NCBI GenBank assembly: GCA_965223905.1
Contig: CBDCXV010000002.1
Location: 448,001-512,000 of the forward strand
Origin: Candidatus Latescibacterota bacterium
Lineage (GTDB): Bacteria > Latescibacterota > UBA2968 > UBA8231
DNA length: 64,000 nucleotides
Direction of reading: 5' to 3'
Below the pieces are notes generated by a model. The model ran no database searches. It had not been told where the DNA came from and was given only the letters and a program-made list of their open reading frames with translations. The translations under genes and the position numbers were made by a program. Of this stretch, positions 21,354 to 32,256 are shown piece by piece. How positions within the stretch are numbered: the stretch's first letter is position 1; each line of letters opens with the position of its first letter.

Positions 21354-21636
21354 GGCGTGCCTAATCGATTGGGGTCGGGAAACCGCCAGTGGCAGTCGGC
21401 ACACCTTTCGCCGGAGCCAAAAGACTCCGGGGATGCAACTTGCAGCGGCCGAGTTCCGGGTGTGCGCTGGCGCTTTCAAGGGAATAAGGGTAGTAATTCT
21501 TGAGCAAGGGTAGTAACAAGGGGATTTACTGATCCTGATTCACGGTCCCGACTGTTCCTGCGAGCATGGGGATTTGCCTGGCGTTCCCTGCCAAATACTC
21601 TGCCAGGCGTTCATCTTCAGACAGGATACAATGTAG

Positions 21637-23685
21637 ATGGCAGACGAGACCTACTCGGGCGTCCGGCCGATGGCGGTCAGCTCTGAGGGCATCAGCTTCG
21701 TGAAGAACATCATGACTCCCGCCCGGGACGGCACGAAGCTCGCCATGGACATTCACGTGCCGGCGGGGGAAGGCCCGTGGCCCGTGATCCTCACCTACAT
21801 CCCGTACCGCAAGGACGACCAGGAGCCGCTGGCAGGGATGCAGCACCATTGGGCGCGGCACGGCTACGTCGGCGCCCGCGTCGACTGCCGGGGCACCGGC
21901 TCCAGCGAAGGCTCCAACGACGATGAGTACCGCCCCGTGGAACACCGCGACGGCTACGACGTGATCGAGTGGATCGCCGGGCAGGACTGGTGCGACGGCA
22001 AGATCGCCATGACCGGCGGCTCCTACGGGGGGTTCTCCAGCGTGCAGGTCGCTGCCCTGACGCCCCCTCACCTGGAGACGATCATTCCCTGGAACTACAC
22101 CGACGACAGGTACACGGACGACTGCCACTACCGCGGCGGGGCCTGGCGCTGCTACTACGACATAGGCGCATACGGCTGCTCCATGATCGGCATGAACTCC
22201 ATGCCCCCCTATCCCGAGTACAGCGGCGACCGCTGGGCCGAGCTTTGGAAGGAGCACCTCGAGCAGAACGAACCTTACCTGCTCACCTGGCTGGCAAACC
22301 AGAAGGACGGGGAGTACTGGCGCACCGGCAGCATTCGGGGCCGCTACCACGAGATCGAGGCCCCGGCGCTGCTCATCGGAGGATGGCGCGACGGCTACTG
22401 CAACGCGCCGCTCAGAACGTCGCAGCACATGACCGCGCCGACCAAGGTGCTCATCGGCCCGTGGAACCACTCCGGCCCGGACTGCGAAACCCCCGGTCCG
22501 TCGCTGGCCCGCGAGCACCTGACCGTGCGGTGGTGCGACTACTGGCTCAAGGGAATGGACAACGGCATCATGGAGGAGCCGGCCATCAACGTCTACGTCC
22601 AGAGGTTCGACGTGCCGGACGCGGATCGCACGTACACCTCAGGCTACTGGCGCACGGAGCCGGCGTTCCCCGTTCCCGGCGGTCGTACGCACCGGCTCGA
22701 TCTCGGCAGCGACCTCACGCCGGACAACCCGGACATGACCCGCGACGGCTGCGAAGAGTACGAGTACAGGCCGTCCGTGGGCCTGGCGGGCGGTCTCTGG
22801 AGCGCGGGCGTGCCCTTTGGTCTGCCCGGCGACCAGCGCGTGGACGAGATCCACTCGGCGAACTACACCTCGGAGCCTCTGGACGAACCCCTGGAGATCA
22901 TCGGCATGGGCAAGGCGGTGATCCACGTCAGCTCCACGGCCCCCGTCATGGCGTTCGTGGCCCGGCTCTCGGACGTCGCGCCCGACGGCGCCAGCGCGCA
23001 GGTGACGATGGGCGTGCTGAACGGGACAAGGCGCAACTCGCACACGGACCCGGAGCCTATGGAGCCGGGAGAGATCTACGAGCTGCACGTCGACCTGGAC
23101 GCCACGGCGTGGAGATTCGAGCGCGGGCACAGGATCCGGCTCTCCATCAGCAGCGCGGACTTTCCCAACCTGTGGCCGACCCCTTACCGCGGAACGAACC
23201 GCGTATACCGGGACAGCGGACGCGAGTCGTACCTGGAACTGCCGGTCGTGCCGACCCGGGAAGCCCCCGCTGGAGAACTGCCGCCGGACGAAATGGAGTA
23301 CGAGCCTTCCGCGGCGCCGCAACGGTACCCGGAGGCTTCGCCCCGCGTGGTTCCCTGGGAGATTGCTCAGGACGTCATGAGGGACCGGACCGGTCTCAGG
23401 TTGCACCTCGTCAACGAAAGCAGGGCCAGCGCCGGCATGACCGTAAAGATGGAGTCCAGGCTGGAGGTGTGGACGAACAACCGCGACCCCGCGGACACTA
23501 CGGCAACAGGCCGGCACTTCAGGACCATCACCCGCACGGACGGGGTGATCAACGTGGACACCTCGGCGAACGTTCGCAGCACCCGGGACGCTTTTCACGT
23601 CTCCATCGAGCTGGAGGTTCGCATCGATGGCCTGACGCATCACCGGCGCAGCTGGGTCGATTCGTTCAACAGGGAACTGCTTTGA
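21637..23685 (+). CDS. CocE/NonD family hydrolase (peptidase S15)
   Basis: RDGTKLAMD, DCRGTGSSEG, GGSYGG nucleophile, IGPWNH, GHRIRLSIS. Confidence 0.93.
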   Translation: MADETYSGVRPMAVSSEGISFVKNIMTPARDGTKLAMDIHVPAGEGPWPVILTYIPYRKDDQEPLAGMQHHWARHGYVGARVDCRGTGSSEGSNDDEYRPVEHRDGYDVIEWIAGQDWCDGKIAMTGGSYGGFSSVQVAALTPPHLETIIPWNYTDDRYTDDCHYRGGAWRCYYDIGAYGCSMIGMNSMPPYPEYSGDRWAELWKEHLEQNEPYLLTWLANQKDGEYWRTGSIRGRYHEIEAPALLIGGWRDGYCNAPLRTSQHMTAPTKVLIGPWNHSGPDCETPGPSLAREHLTVRWCDYWLKGMDNGIMEEPAINVYVQRFDVPDADRTYTSGYWRTEPAFPVPGGRTHRLDLGSDLTPDNPDMTRDGCEEYEYRPSVGLAGGLWSAGVPFGLPGDQRVDEIHSANYTSEPLDEPLEIIGMGKAVIHVSSTAPVMAFVARLSDVAPDGASAQVTMGVLNGTRRNSHTDPEPMEPGEIYELHVDLDATAWRFERGHRIRLSISSADFPNLWPTPYRGTNRVYRDSGRESYLELPVVPTREAPAGELPPDEMEYEPSAAPQRYPEASPRVVPWEIAQDVMRDRTGLRLHLVNESRASAGMTVKMESRLEVWTNNRDPADTTATGRHFRTITRTDGVINVDTSANVRSTRDAFHVSIELEVRIDGLTHHRRSWVDSFNRELL

Positions 23686-23769
23686 CCGGCGAAAGCTCTC
23701 CCGGTGTGCTGTCAGCGGCAGGCTGGCGCGGTCAGGTATCTATCTTACCGAAAAAGGAATCCACGTATC

Positions 23770-24435
23770 ATGGCGGTAGAGGTAGGACAGATGGCGCCCA
23801 ACTTTGGCGTCTCGAGCTGGGTGCAGGGAGCTCCGACCAACTTCGACCAGGAGAGGGGCCACATCGTGGTGCTGGAGGTCTTCCAGGTCAACTGTCCCGG
23901 ATGCTTCCTGTATGCCATACCTGACGCGATACGCCTGTACCACAAGTACAGGAACGACGGGGTGCGCGTCCTGGGACTGGCCACCGCCTTTGAGGACTAT
24001 GACAAGAACACGCTCGACAACCTCAGGTTGCTGGCTGAAACCGGCCAGGTGACAGGGGAGACCAGGAAGGCACTCGCAATGAGCGGGCAGCTGCAGGAGG
24101 GAGACAGGCTGCCCTACGAGATCCCGTTTCCGCTCGGGATGGACCATCTTGCGAGGATGTCCGGCGAGCCCGGCCACGAAGCGATAATGGGCGTGATATA
24201 CCCCCGGATACCCGACTTCGACTCGCAGCCCGGGAACTACAGGATGCAGCTCATTCAGAGGGTGAAGGACTATCTGAGGGCCAGGGAATATTCGGCCGAG
24301 ACGTTTGAGAAGTTCGCCCTGCGCGGAACCCCGTCTACCATACTGGTCGACCGCAAGGGAGTTCTCCGGGACGTCTCTTTCGGCCAGACGGGCCACTTGG
24401 ACGGAATGATCCAAAGGATCCTCGCCGAGGACTGA
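23770..24435 (+). CDS. Thioredoxin-fold redoxin (TlpA/AhpC-like)
   Basis: FQVNCPGC, GLATAFE, LRGTPSTILVDRKG. Confidence 0.85.
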   Translation: MAVEVGQMAPNFGVSSWVQGAPTNFDQERGHIVVLEVFQVNCPGCFLYAIPDAIRLYHKYRNDGVRVLGLATAFEDYDKNTLDNLRLLAETGQVTGETRKALAMSGQLQEGDRLPYEIPFPLGMDHLARMSGEPGHEAIMGVIYPRIPDFDSQPGNYRMQLIQRVKDYLRAREYSAETFEKFALRGTPSTILVDRKGVLRDVSFGQTGHLDGMIQRILAED

Positions 24436-24557
24436 ATCAGCAGGCCGGGACGAGCGCAAGGTGCCAGATACCCGGCACTGGTCATCGGTCGGATTTCATC
24501 CCGGTCTGGCTCCCCGGTGGAACCACGGTCGACAACTGATGGGAGGTCGGAATCGCC

Positions 24558-25394
24558 ATGAACAACACTGAAAAGTTCCTCTTCGACCTGCAGGGCTTCA
24601 TCGTCGTCCGCGAGTTCCTCTCGCAGGGCGAAGTCAAAGCCCTCAACGACGCTTTCGACGCCAACTGGGACAAGCGCCGCGAAGACCCAATCGGCGACCC
24701 CAGCGGCAACATGGCCGGGCTGGACAAGCGCGGCATCTTCACCGGCATGCTCACCTGGGAGCAGCCCCATTGCCAGCCATTCCGCGACCTGCTCGCGCAC
24801 CGCAAGCTCCTGCCCTACCTCGACACCCTGCACGGACGCGGCTGGAAGCTCGACCACGAGCCGCTCATGATTACCGGTTCCAGGGGTATCGAAGGCCTGC
24901 GCATTCACGGAACCACCAACGTCCTCTTCAACGGCTCCCGCTTCTACGCGTACTCCAACGGCCAGATGCGCTGCGGCCTTCTCGTCGTCCAGTACACTTT
25001 GCACGACCAGAGCCCCGGCGACGGCGGCCTCTGCGTCATTCCTGGCAGCCACAAGGCGAACTTCAGCTGCCCTCCGAGAATCACGACATGGGAGGAGCAC
25101 CCGGAGATCGTTTACCAAGTGCCTCTGAAGGCCGGCGACATGGTCATCTTCAGCGAGAACACCTTGCACGGCACTCTGCCGTGGCAGGCAGACCACGACC
25201 GCCGCGCCCTGCTCTACCGGTACACGCCGAAGTACCTGCACTACGACGGCGGCACGTACGAGGTCACCCAGCCGGAATGGGTGTCGGAACTGACCGAGGC
25301 CCAGCAGGCGGTGCTCGAGCCCCCCTACATCTACCATCACCCACTTATCGAACTCGATGGCGAAGCAGTGGTCCGCCCACGCCGCGAGGATTAG
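24558..25394 (+). CDS. Phytanoyl-CoA dioxygenase (PhyH) family protein
   Basis: FDLQGFIVV, IHG, IPGSHK, AGDMVIFSENTLHG, RRALLYRY. Confidence 0.9.
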   Translation: MNNTEKFLFDLQGFIVVREFLSQGEVKALNDAFDANWDKRREDPIGDPSGNMAGLDKRGIFTGMLTWEQPHCQPFRDLLAHRKLLPYLDTLHGRGWKLDHEPLMITGSRGIEGLRIHGTTNVLFNGSRFYAYSNGQMRCGLLVVQYTLHDQSPGDGGLCVIPGSHKANFSCPPRITTWEEHPEIVYQVPLKAGDMVIFSENTLHGTLPWQADHDRRALLYRYTPKYLHYDGGTYEVTQPEWVSELTEAQQAVLEPPYIYHHPLIELDGEAVVRPRRED

Positions 25395-25474
25395 CTCGCG
25401 GTCAGTCACAAAATTCCGTACTTGAACCATTCATGGATGTCGTCTAAACCTTTTCGCTATAGGAGATTTATAAT

Positions 25475-26950
25475 TCAAAGCACTTCCCCGGACACCACCT
25501 CTTCAATGCGGGCGACCACCGCTGGAACATCGAAAACATTATCAGGTCGACTCGCCATCCGGCCGTCCGGGCCCACCAGGAAATAGGAGGGTATGCTCCG
25601 GACCAGGTACAACTGAGCAACCTCCGCCTGCCATCCGCCCGGGGCGTGGACGTGGACGCCGGTCACCCCGTGCTCATCGACCGCCCGGTGCCACTCGTCG
25701 GCGGGGTCCAGAGAGAGATTCAGAAAGACCACCTTCTGGTCCCGGGTCCGCTGTTTGATCTCTTCCAGATGGGGTACTGCCTCGATGCACGGGCCGCACC
25801 AACTCGCCCAGAAGTCCAGGAAAACCGTCTGGCCTATGAAATCGCTCAGGGAGACGCTTTTGCCCTGGAGATCCTCGAGGGTGAAGGCTGGCGCCGGCTC
25901 CCCGGGTTTGAGCCTGGCTGTTTCCCGCACGACCTCCTCTACGGCCTCGGTGTATTCGGGATAGGGGTTGTCCTGGAGGAATTCGGCAAGGCGTTGTTCG
26001 CCCTGGTCAAAACGGCCCTCCTGCAAATCCTCAATGATTTCACCGGCGAGAAAGAAGAACAGGACTCTGCCGTGCAAGAGCCGCTTGGCCAAGTGGTAGC
26101 TGATGTTGTGGGGTTGAATCAAGTCTCCTCGGCGTTGGTTTTCCTCCAACCGTACAATGAAGTCCGGCAGATACGTGATGGTGTGGGGTTGGATAAAGGC
26201 TCGGCGTTGCTCCTCGGAAATTTGCTCCCGGAAGGCCCGTGTCTCGGCTTCCTCTTCCATGCGCCAGAAATTGCGCTCCAGATAGATGCGATAATGGGTT
26301 GTTCCGATGGCCGCTTCGTCAACCAGTTCAACTGGATCGAGGATGTCGTAATAGTCCGCGGGGAGGCCCTCGTTCCTGTTTCCATTGGCGATCATGTAAT
26401 CAGTGGGATAGGAGACCACGAAATTGGCCCACTCATAGGTTATCTCAGCGCGGTAGTAGGCGATAAACCCCGGCGTTAGTCGGTACTGGCTGCAACCCTC
26501 GTCCAGGAAGCGCTCCAATTCCGAGCGCCGCTGGTCGACTATTCGGCGAAAGGCGTCGGCTTCCAGGTCCTTGTAGTCGATGCGCAGGTTATCGGGGAAG
26601 CGAGCCCTCAGGGCGGCGAGGAACTGGTTGTTGCCGGCCCCCTTGCCGGAGAAGCGGAGGGACCGGGGCAGGTCGAGCACGTCCGCCTCGATATGCAACT
26701 GGTCGCCCGGTTCCAGGAAAAGCTTGACCTCCTCGGGGCCGACCGAGACCATTCGCGCTTCGGTAAGCGGCAGCTCCACCGCGAGGCAGCCCTCTTCGTC
26801 GATGGGGGCTTCGAACCTGACGGGCTTGTGGTAGACAGGCGTTTGCTGGTAGCTGCCGAAAATGCTTTGGCCCTCCGGAGCATTGGCGAGCCTGGCGGTG
26901 ACGCGAGTCGAGGGCGGGGGCATGGAAGTCTCCTGCCGTTTGTCGGCCAT
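25475..26950 (-). CDS. TlpA disulfide reductase family protein with long N-terminal domain
   Basis: APAFTLEDLQGK, LDFWASWCGPC, IPSYFLVGPDG. Confidence 0.88.
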   Translation of the reverse strand: MADKRQETSMPPPSTRVTARLANAPEGQSIFGSYQQTPVYHKPVRFEAPIDEEGCLAVELPLTEARMVSVGPEEVKLFLEPGDQLHIEADVLDLPRSLRFSGKGAGNNQFLAALRARFPDNLRIDYKDLEADAFRRIVDQRRSELERFLDEGCSQYRLTPGFIAYYRAEITYEWANFVVSYPTDYMIANGNRNEGLPADYYDILDPVELVDEAAIGTTHYRIYLERNFWRMEEEAETRAFREQISEEQRRAFIQPHTITYLPDFIVRLEENQRRGDLIQPHNISYHLAKRLLHGRVLFFFLAGEIIEDLQEGRFDQGEQRLAEFLQDNPYPEYTEAVEEVVRETARLKPGEPAPAFTLEDLQGKSVSLSDFIGQTVFLDFWASWCGPCIEAVPHLEEIKQRTRDQKVVFLNLSLDPADEWHRAVDEHGVTGVHVHAPGGWQAEVAQLYLVRSIPSYFLVGPDGRMASRPDNVFDVPAVVARIEEVVSGEVL

Positions 26951-27068
26951 TCATCGGCGCATGGTGGCGCGGTCCCCGGAGCTTGACCGAGGATGGATAA
27001 CGTTTCCTATTGTGCAGGAATCCGGACCTGAGATTCGAACCCAAAACATCAACATGGGAGATGATCTG

Positions 27069-27881
27069 ATGCAGACGAGTTTTTCCGGTTTTTTAATGGC
27101 ATTGCTTCTCAGTCTTGGTCTGACGGCCTGCGGAGAAAGCGAGCTGGAGAAACAGAGACGGGAATACAACCAGAAGATTGAGGAGGCCGCTGCCCGCATC
27201 GAATCGCTCCATTTCGAGGTGGGCGGTTCCCAGACCCAGCTCGTCACCTTGCAGGCCAAACTCGACAGCCTCGACAAGTTCGAGATGCTCCTGCAGGAGA
27301 AGAACCAGCAACTCCGGAAGGAAGTGAAGAAATACCGCTCCATGGCCGAGAAACGCCGCCGCATGAACGTGGAGTTGCAGGAGGCGATCAGCCTGCTGCA
27401 GGGGGAGAAGGAGGCCGACGCAGCGCAAATCGACCGGCTGATCGTCGCGTCGGACAGCCTTACCGCGGCCCTGCGCGAGCAGAGAGACCTCACCTGGAAA
27501 CTGTCAGAGGAGCTGGAGGATGCCAACAGGAAAATCGAAAGAACGGAAGCGGAGCTCGACCAGGCGAAAAACACGGTGCGCGTGGTGGTGGGCACCGAGG
27601 ATCGCCTGAAGGAGGAGGGGTTTCTGGAGACGGGACGCCGCTTCTTCCGCAAAGGGTACAAGCTGGTCCAGAAACCTGGGGACGAATACCAGGTCAAATT
27701 CCTGGCTATCGGTGAGCGACTTACCCTGAATCCCGATCAGAAGCTGAAGGAGCTGATCGGCCGTTCGGGCAAGCTGAAGAAAGAGAAGGACTATATGGTG
27801 GAGGTGAGCGACGGCGTCACCCAGGTCACCATCGTCAACGACATCCTGAAAGGAGAGGCGGTGCTGGTGGTGGTCGAGTGA
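27069..27881 (+). CDS. Coiled-coil lipoprotein
   Basis: Lipobox LTAC, long E/K/Q-rich heptad region. Confidence 0.7.
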   Translation: MQTSFSGFLMALLLSLGLTACGESELEKQRREYNQKIEEAAARIESLHFEVGGSQTQLVTLQAKLDSLDKFEMLLQEKNQQLRKEVKKYRSMAEKRRRMNVELQEAISLLQGEKEADAAQIDRLIVASDSLTAALREQRDLTWKLSEELEDANRKIERTEAELDQAKNTVRVVVGTEDRLKEEGFLETGRRFFRKGYKLVQKPGDEYQVKFLAIGERLTLNPDQKLKELIGRSGKLKKEKDYMVEVSDGVTQVTIVNDILKGEAVLVVVE

Positions 27882-27989
27882 CGCCAGGCTCTCAAGAGAG
27901 CGCGACTGCCCCGATGCGTGTCCGGGGGCGCTCCCTGGGTTCCAGCGCTTCGCACGTCCGGTTTCATCGGGGACAGCGAGACCCTCGTC

Positions 27990-28322
27990 ATGAGGTTTGA
28001 AGCCGCCGAGGGCTCGAGCCCCGACCACCGCCCCGCAGGAGGGTTCGGAGCGGTGGAGGTCCTCGCCGAGGCCATCGAAGCGGCGGTGGCCGCGACCGGG
28101 AAGCCGGATCCGGCCGCAATCCGCGACCACCTCTTCGCCCTCGAGACCGAGACCGTGTTGGGTCCGTTCAGCGTCTTCCCTCTCGGCGATCCCCAAGCCG
28201 GCGCCCAGCGCGCGCTCAAGGGCGTCCAGATCCAGTGGCAGGACGACGGGGAGGGCGGGCTCGCCCTGCGCATCATCCACCCGGAAACTGTCGCCGAGGC
28301 GCCCCCCTGCTTCATGCGCTGA
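27990..28322 (+). pseudogene. Branched-chain amino acid ABC substrate-binding protein, 3' fragment
   Basis: VLAEAIEAA...DPAAIRDHL..LETETVLGPF, IQWQD...IIHPE. Confidence 0.6.
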
Positions 28323-28425
28323 CCTGGCCGCGCGGCGCAGGCCTCCGGGGTTGCGCGTCCTCGCCTGCAAACACCCGATCCGTGGCCGACACCGCACCAT
28401 TGGGAGTTCCCCCAGGAGATATCGC

Positions 28426-29232
28426 ATGGCCATGACCGAAGAAGAACGCTTCCGCTTCGACCTCACCGGCTTCCTGGTGCGTCCCGCCATCCTCACCCCG
28501 GACCAGGTCGCCGCCATCGTCGATCAGATCGACCGCATCAAGCACGACCCCGGATCGCTGCCGCCCGAGCACCGCGACGTGCCCGGCGGCCCGGCCAGCA
28601 TACTGATCGACCATCCCCGGGTGGTCGACGTGATCCGCGAGGTGATCGGACCCGACATCCGGCTGGAGGGTTGCGGCTGCGTCTGGCGCAGGAAGGGGGA
28701 GGCGCACGGCCAGCTGCACGGGGGCGGCCCCGGCCAGGCCGATCCCATCTTCGGCTACCGCGTGAAGAACGGGCGCATCCACGCCGGCATGGTGCGGGTG
28801 ATTTTCGAGCTGACCGACATCGCCCTGGAAGATCAGAGCACCCATTTCCTCATCGGCAGCCACAAGTCCGAATTCCCCATGCACGAAGACCACCTGTCGC
28901 TGGAGGAGGGCAAGCGCAGCCCCTTTCTCACCACGTACGCCTGCCCGGCCGGCAGCGCCGTTTTCTTCACCGAGAACCTGTGCCACGCCGGACCGGTGTG
29001 GCGCCGCGACACCCCGCGCGTCACCATCCTCCACGCCTACTCGCACCTGGCCACCCACTGGCACCGGCTGAAGATCCCCCCGGCGGTGCTGCGCGGCCTG
29101 CCGCGCGAGAAGCAGGCCTATTTCCGCCAGCCCTGGATCGCCGACTTCCGCACCGACCCGGCGACCCACAACACCGCGGAGCGCTTCCTGGGCAACGAGG
29201 AAGCGCCCATCGACACGGACCATACGCCCTGA
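28426..29232 (+). CDS. Phytanoyl-CoA dioxygenase (PhyH) family protein
   Basis: FDLTGFLV, LHGG, GSHK, AGSAVFFTENLCHA; RBS AGGAG. Confidence 0.88.
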   Translation: MAMTEEERFRFDLTGFLVRPAILTPDQVAAIVDQIDRIKHDPGSLPPEHRDVPGGPASILIDHPRVVDVIREVIGPDIRLEGCGCVWRRKGEAHGQLHGGGPGQADPIFGYRVKNGRIHAGMVRVIFELTDIALEDQSTHFLIGSHKSEFPMHEDHLSLEEGKRSPFLTTYACPAGSAVFFTENLCHAGPVWRRDTPRVTILHAYSHLATHWHRLKIPPAVLRGLPREKQAYFRQPWIADFRTDPATHNTAERFLGNEEAPIDTDHTP

Positions 29233-29344
29233 GGCGGTAGTGCCTGCGCGCGTAGGCAAGCGTACGAACGAGGGCGCCGTGAGCCGGGATTGAGGGGAAG
29301 AATCGCACAGATGAAGGGGTTTGGATTGAAACCGCGATTTACCC

Positions 29345-29500
29345 CTCAAGGTGCAGCGGCGGCCACCGCCACCAGTCCGATTCCGGCGGCCCATCCCACG
29401 TCGATGACGCCGGCGTCTCCCGGCGCCGCTGCAGCCAATACAGCGCGGCCATGACCGCCATGGCCGCCGGCAGGCTCCAGGCCAGTACGCCGACACGGCC
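29345..29500 (-). pseudogene. DUF1295-like membrane protein 5' fragment, frameshifted
   Basis: LYWLQRRR / DAGVIDVGWAAGIG split across frames; DUF1295 commonly follows cfa. Confidence 0.55.
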
Positions 29501-29502
29501 GC

Positions 29503-30789
29503 TTAAACCTGGCCGTGGAGGATCTCGGGCAACTGCGCGGAGCGCCGGTTGGCGGGCCGGGCGAGGAGCATCTGCACGTCGGAGATGTAGCGCTCTTCGA
29601 AACCGCCGATGCAGTAGGAAAAATAGAAGTCCCACGTGCGCATGAATTCCTCGGAAAACCCAAGTTGTCGCACTCGCTCTTCGGCGTCCCGAAAACGCGC
29701 CCGCCAGGCCCTCAGGGTGCGGGCGTAGTGGGGCCCGATGTCCTCGAGATGCACCGGGCGCATGTCGGTTGCCGCGGCCAGCGAGCTGTGGATGGTCGCC
29801 AGCGACGGAATGCAGCTGCCCGGAAAGATGTAGGCCTTGATGAAATCGACGGAGCGGCGCGCCCGCTCGTAGGCCCAGTCGCCGATGACGATGGCCTGCA
29901 ACAGCATCAGGCCCTCCGGTTTGAGCAGGCGGGAGCAACAGCCGAAAAAGGTGTCGAAGTAGTGGTGGCCGACCGCTTCGATCATCTCTATGGAGACCAG
30001 CTTGTCGTACTGCCCCTGCAGGTCGCGGTAGTCGGACAGCACCACCTCCACCCGCTCATCGAGGCCGGCGTCGCGCACCCGTTGGCGCGCCAGGTCGCGC
30101 TGCTCCCGGGAAATGGTCGCCGTGGTCACGCGGCAGCCGTACTCGCGGGCCGCGTGCAGGGCGAAACCGCCCCATCCCGTGCCGATCTCCAGAAGGTGGT
30201 CCTCGGGCGCCAGGGCGAGCTTCCTGCAGATCCGGTCAACCTTGTAGCGGGAGGCCTCCTCCAGGGAACTGTCCGGCCGCGGGAACAGGGCGCTCGAATA
30301 CATCAGGTTGTCGTCGAGGAAGAGGCGGAAGAAGTCGTTGCTCAGATCGTAGTGGGCGGCGATGTTGCGCCGGCTGCCCCGGAGCGTATTGCGCTTGAGG
30401 GCATGCCCCAGCCTTCGCGCGGGCGCGGCCAGCCGTACCCAGCCCCGCTCGCGCCGATGCATCGACTCCATGTTGGCCACTGCCAACCGGCACATCGCCG
30501 GCAGGTCGTCGCAGCTCCACCACCCCTGTATATAGCCTTCGGCCGCGCCGATGGTTCCCCCCAAGGCCAGGGCGCGGAAGAACCGCGGATGATGGACCTG
30601 CAAAACCACTTCGGGGCCGTCTTCTGTCCGCCCCAGGGTGCGCTGCCGTTCCCCTTCGACCAGGCGGATCGCCCCGCCCCGCAAGTTCTGCAATTGCCCC
30701 AACACCATCCGCCGCGCCCAGCGATCCGTCCAGCCGCCCGGGCCTGGGGCCCGGTTTTCAGCTGCGGGAGAGAGAGCCATGTGCGACAT
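29503..30789 (-). CDS. cfa: Cyclopropane-fatty-acyl-phospholipid synthase
   Basis: NIAAHYDLSNDFF, LEIGTGWGG, SIEMIEAVG, YIFPG, HYARTL. Confidence 0.93.
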   Translation of the reverse strand: MSHMALSPAAENRAPGPGGWTDRWARRMVLGQLQNLRGGAIRLVEGERQRTLGRTEDGPEVVLQVHHPRFFRALALGGTIGAAEGYIQGWWSCDDLPAMCRLAVANMESMHRRERGWVRLAAPARRLGHALKRNTLRGSRRNIAAHYDLSNDFFRLFLDDNLMYSSALFPRPDSSLEEASRYKVDRICRKLALAPEDHLLEIGTGWGGFALHAAREYGCRVTTATISREQRDLARQRVRDAGLDERVEVVLSDYRDLQGQYDKLVSIEMIEAVGHHYFDTFFGCCSRLLKPEGLMLLQAIVIGDWAYERARRSVDFIKAYIFPGSCIPSLATIHSSLAAATDMRPVHLEDIGPHYARTLRAWRARFRDAEERVRQLGFSEEFMRTWDFYFSYCIGGFEERYISDVQMLLARPANRRSAQLPEILHGQV

Positions 30790-31094
30790 GGGTTTTTCCT
30801 TTAACAACAACTTGGGATGAGGGTGAACGGGACAGCGCTTGAGCCAAAGTTTAAGAGCCTGCCAGTGAATGGCGCCAATGACTTTTGTCGTCAGCAGCGG
30901 ATCGTCTCCCGTCGCGTAGAGCTCGATAAAGTCGCGGCAGGGCCCCCCGAGCAGAGGTACGATGCACAGGGCGCCTGTTTGAAGTGGTGACTTCCCGTCC
31001 TAATTTGGCGCGCGCCGGATGCTGAAACCGGCGGCGACATCCATAGCGAGTCGAGAGTTCCGGACACAGCCGACCGGAGGGAGTGACTGGTTTT

Positions 31095-32240
31095 ATGAAG
31101 ATCACCGACATCGAGGTCATCTCGTTCCGCAGCACGACGCGGCAACGACCGCACAAGTGGGGGTACGGCGTGCTGGGAGAAGAGCGCGAAAGCACCGACG
31201 CCATCACCCGCATAACGACCGACGAAGGGTTGGAAGGGTACATGGTGGGCGGCGACCGGCGCTACATCGAGGGACCGGTGAAACGGATGCTCGTCGGCGA
31301 GGACCCCCTCAACCGCGAGCAGCTGTGGAACTGGATGGATCAGCTGACCACCTTCGGCCACGGCCTTCCGGAACACGTTGCCGGCACCGTGGACTGCGCC
31401 CTGTGGGACCTGCTGGGACGCCTGGCGGGACTGCCGGTCAGCAAGCTGCTGGGCGGCGCCAGGGAGCGGGTCAAGGCGTATGCGAGCACGTATCCGAACA
31501 TGGGCGAACCCGACCTCTACGCCGAGCACGCCGCCGCGTGCAGGCGGCAGGGATACAAGGCCTACAAGGTGCATGCCTACATATGCTGGAATCCCCGGAC
31601 GTGGGAACCTGCCCCGCAGGTGCCGGGATTCCCCCGGGAGGACGTCGAGGTCTGCAAGGCCGTGCGCGAGGCGGTCGGCGACGACATGGTGTTGATGCTG
31701 GATCCGTTCGGCGTCTACACCGCGGAGCAGGCCCTGTGGGTAGGGCGCGAGCTGGAGAAGCTCGGGTACTACTGGTTGGAGCACCCGATGATCGAGACGC
31801 GCATGGAGCCGTACCGCCGCCTGACCCGAGAGCTCGACATTGCCGTGCTGGCGCCCGAGCACGTTCCGGGAGGAGTCTTCACCCGCGCCGAGTGGGTGCT
31901 TCAGGGGGCGTCGGACATGCTGCGTATCGACCACAACTACGGCGGTATCTCCGGGTCCTGGAAGATGGCCAACGTGGCACAGGCGTTCGGACTGCAGTGC
32001 GAGATGCACGGAGGGGGCTGGGCCAACAGCCAGATTCTGGGGGCCACCACCGAGGCCACGTGCGAGTATTTCGAGCGCGGCCTGCTGCACCCCGAAGTCG
32101 ACTACGAGACCCCCCCGCCGCATCTGAAGGCGATCTGCGATCCCCTCGATGAGGAGGGCAACGTGATCCTGCCGCAGACGCCCGGTCTCGGGATGGAGTT
32201 CAACTGGGACTATATCGAGGACAACCGGGTCCGCGACTGA
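31095..32240 (+). CDS. Enolase-superfamily (mandelate racemase-like) protein
   Basis: VDCALWDLLG, KAYKVH, LMLD, WLEHP, PGLG. Confidence 0.9.
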   Translation: MKITDIEVISFRSTTRQRPHKWGYGVLGEERESTDAITRITTDEGLEGYMVGGDRRYIEGPVKRMLVGEDPLNREQLWNWMDQLTTFGHGLPEHVAGTVDCALWDLLGRLAGLPVSKLLGGARERVKAYASTYPNMGEPDLYAEHAAACRRQGYKAYKVHAYICWNPRTWEPAPQVPGFPREDVEVCKAVREAVGDDMVLMLDPFGVYTAEQALWVGRELEKLGYYWLEHPMIETRMEPYRRLTRELDIAVLAPEHVPGGVFTRAEWVLQGASDMLRIDHNYGGISGSWKMANVAQAFGLQCEMHGGGWANSQILGATTEATCEYFERGLLHPEVDYETPPPHLKAICDPLDEEGNVILPQTPGLGMEFNWDYIEDNRVRD

Positions 32241-32256
32241 AGAAACCGGCGCCCGC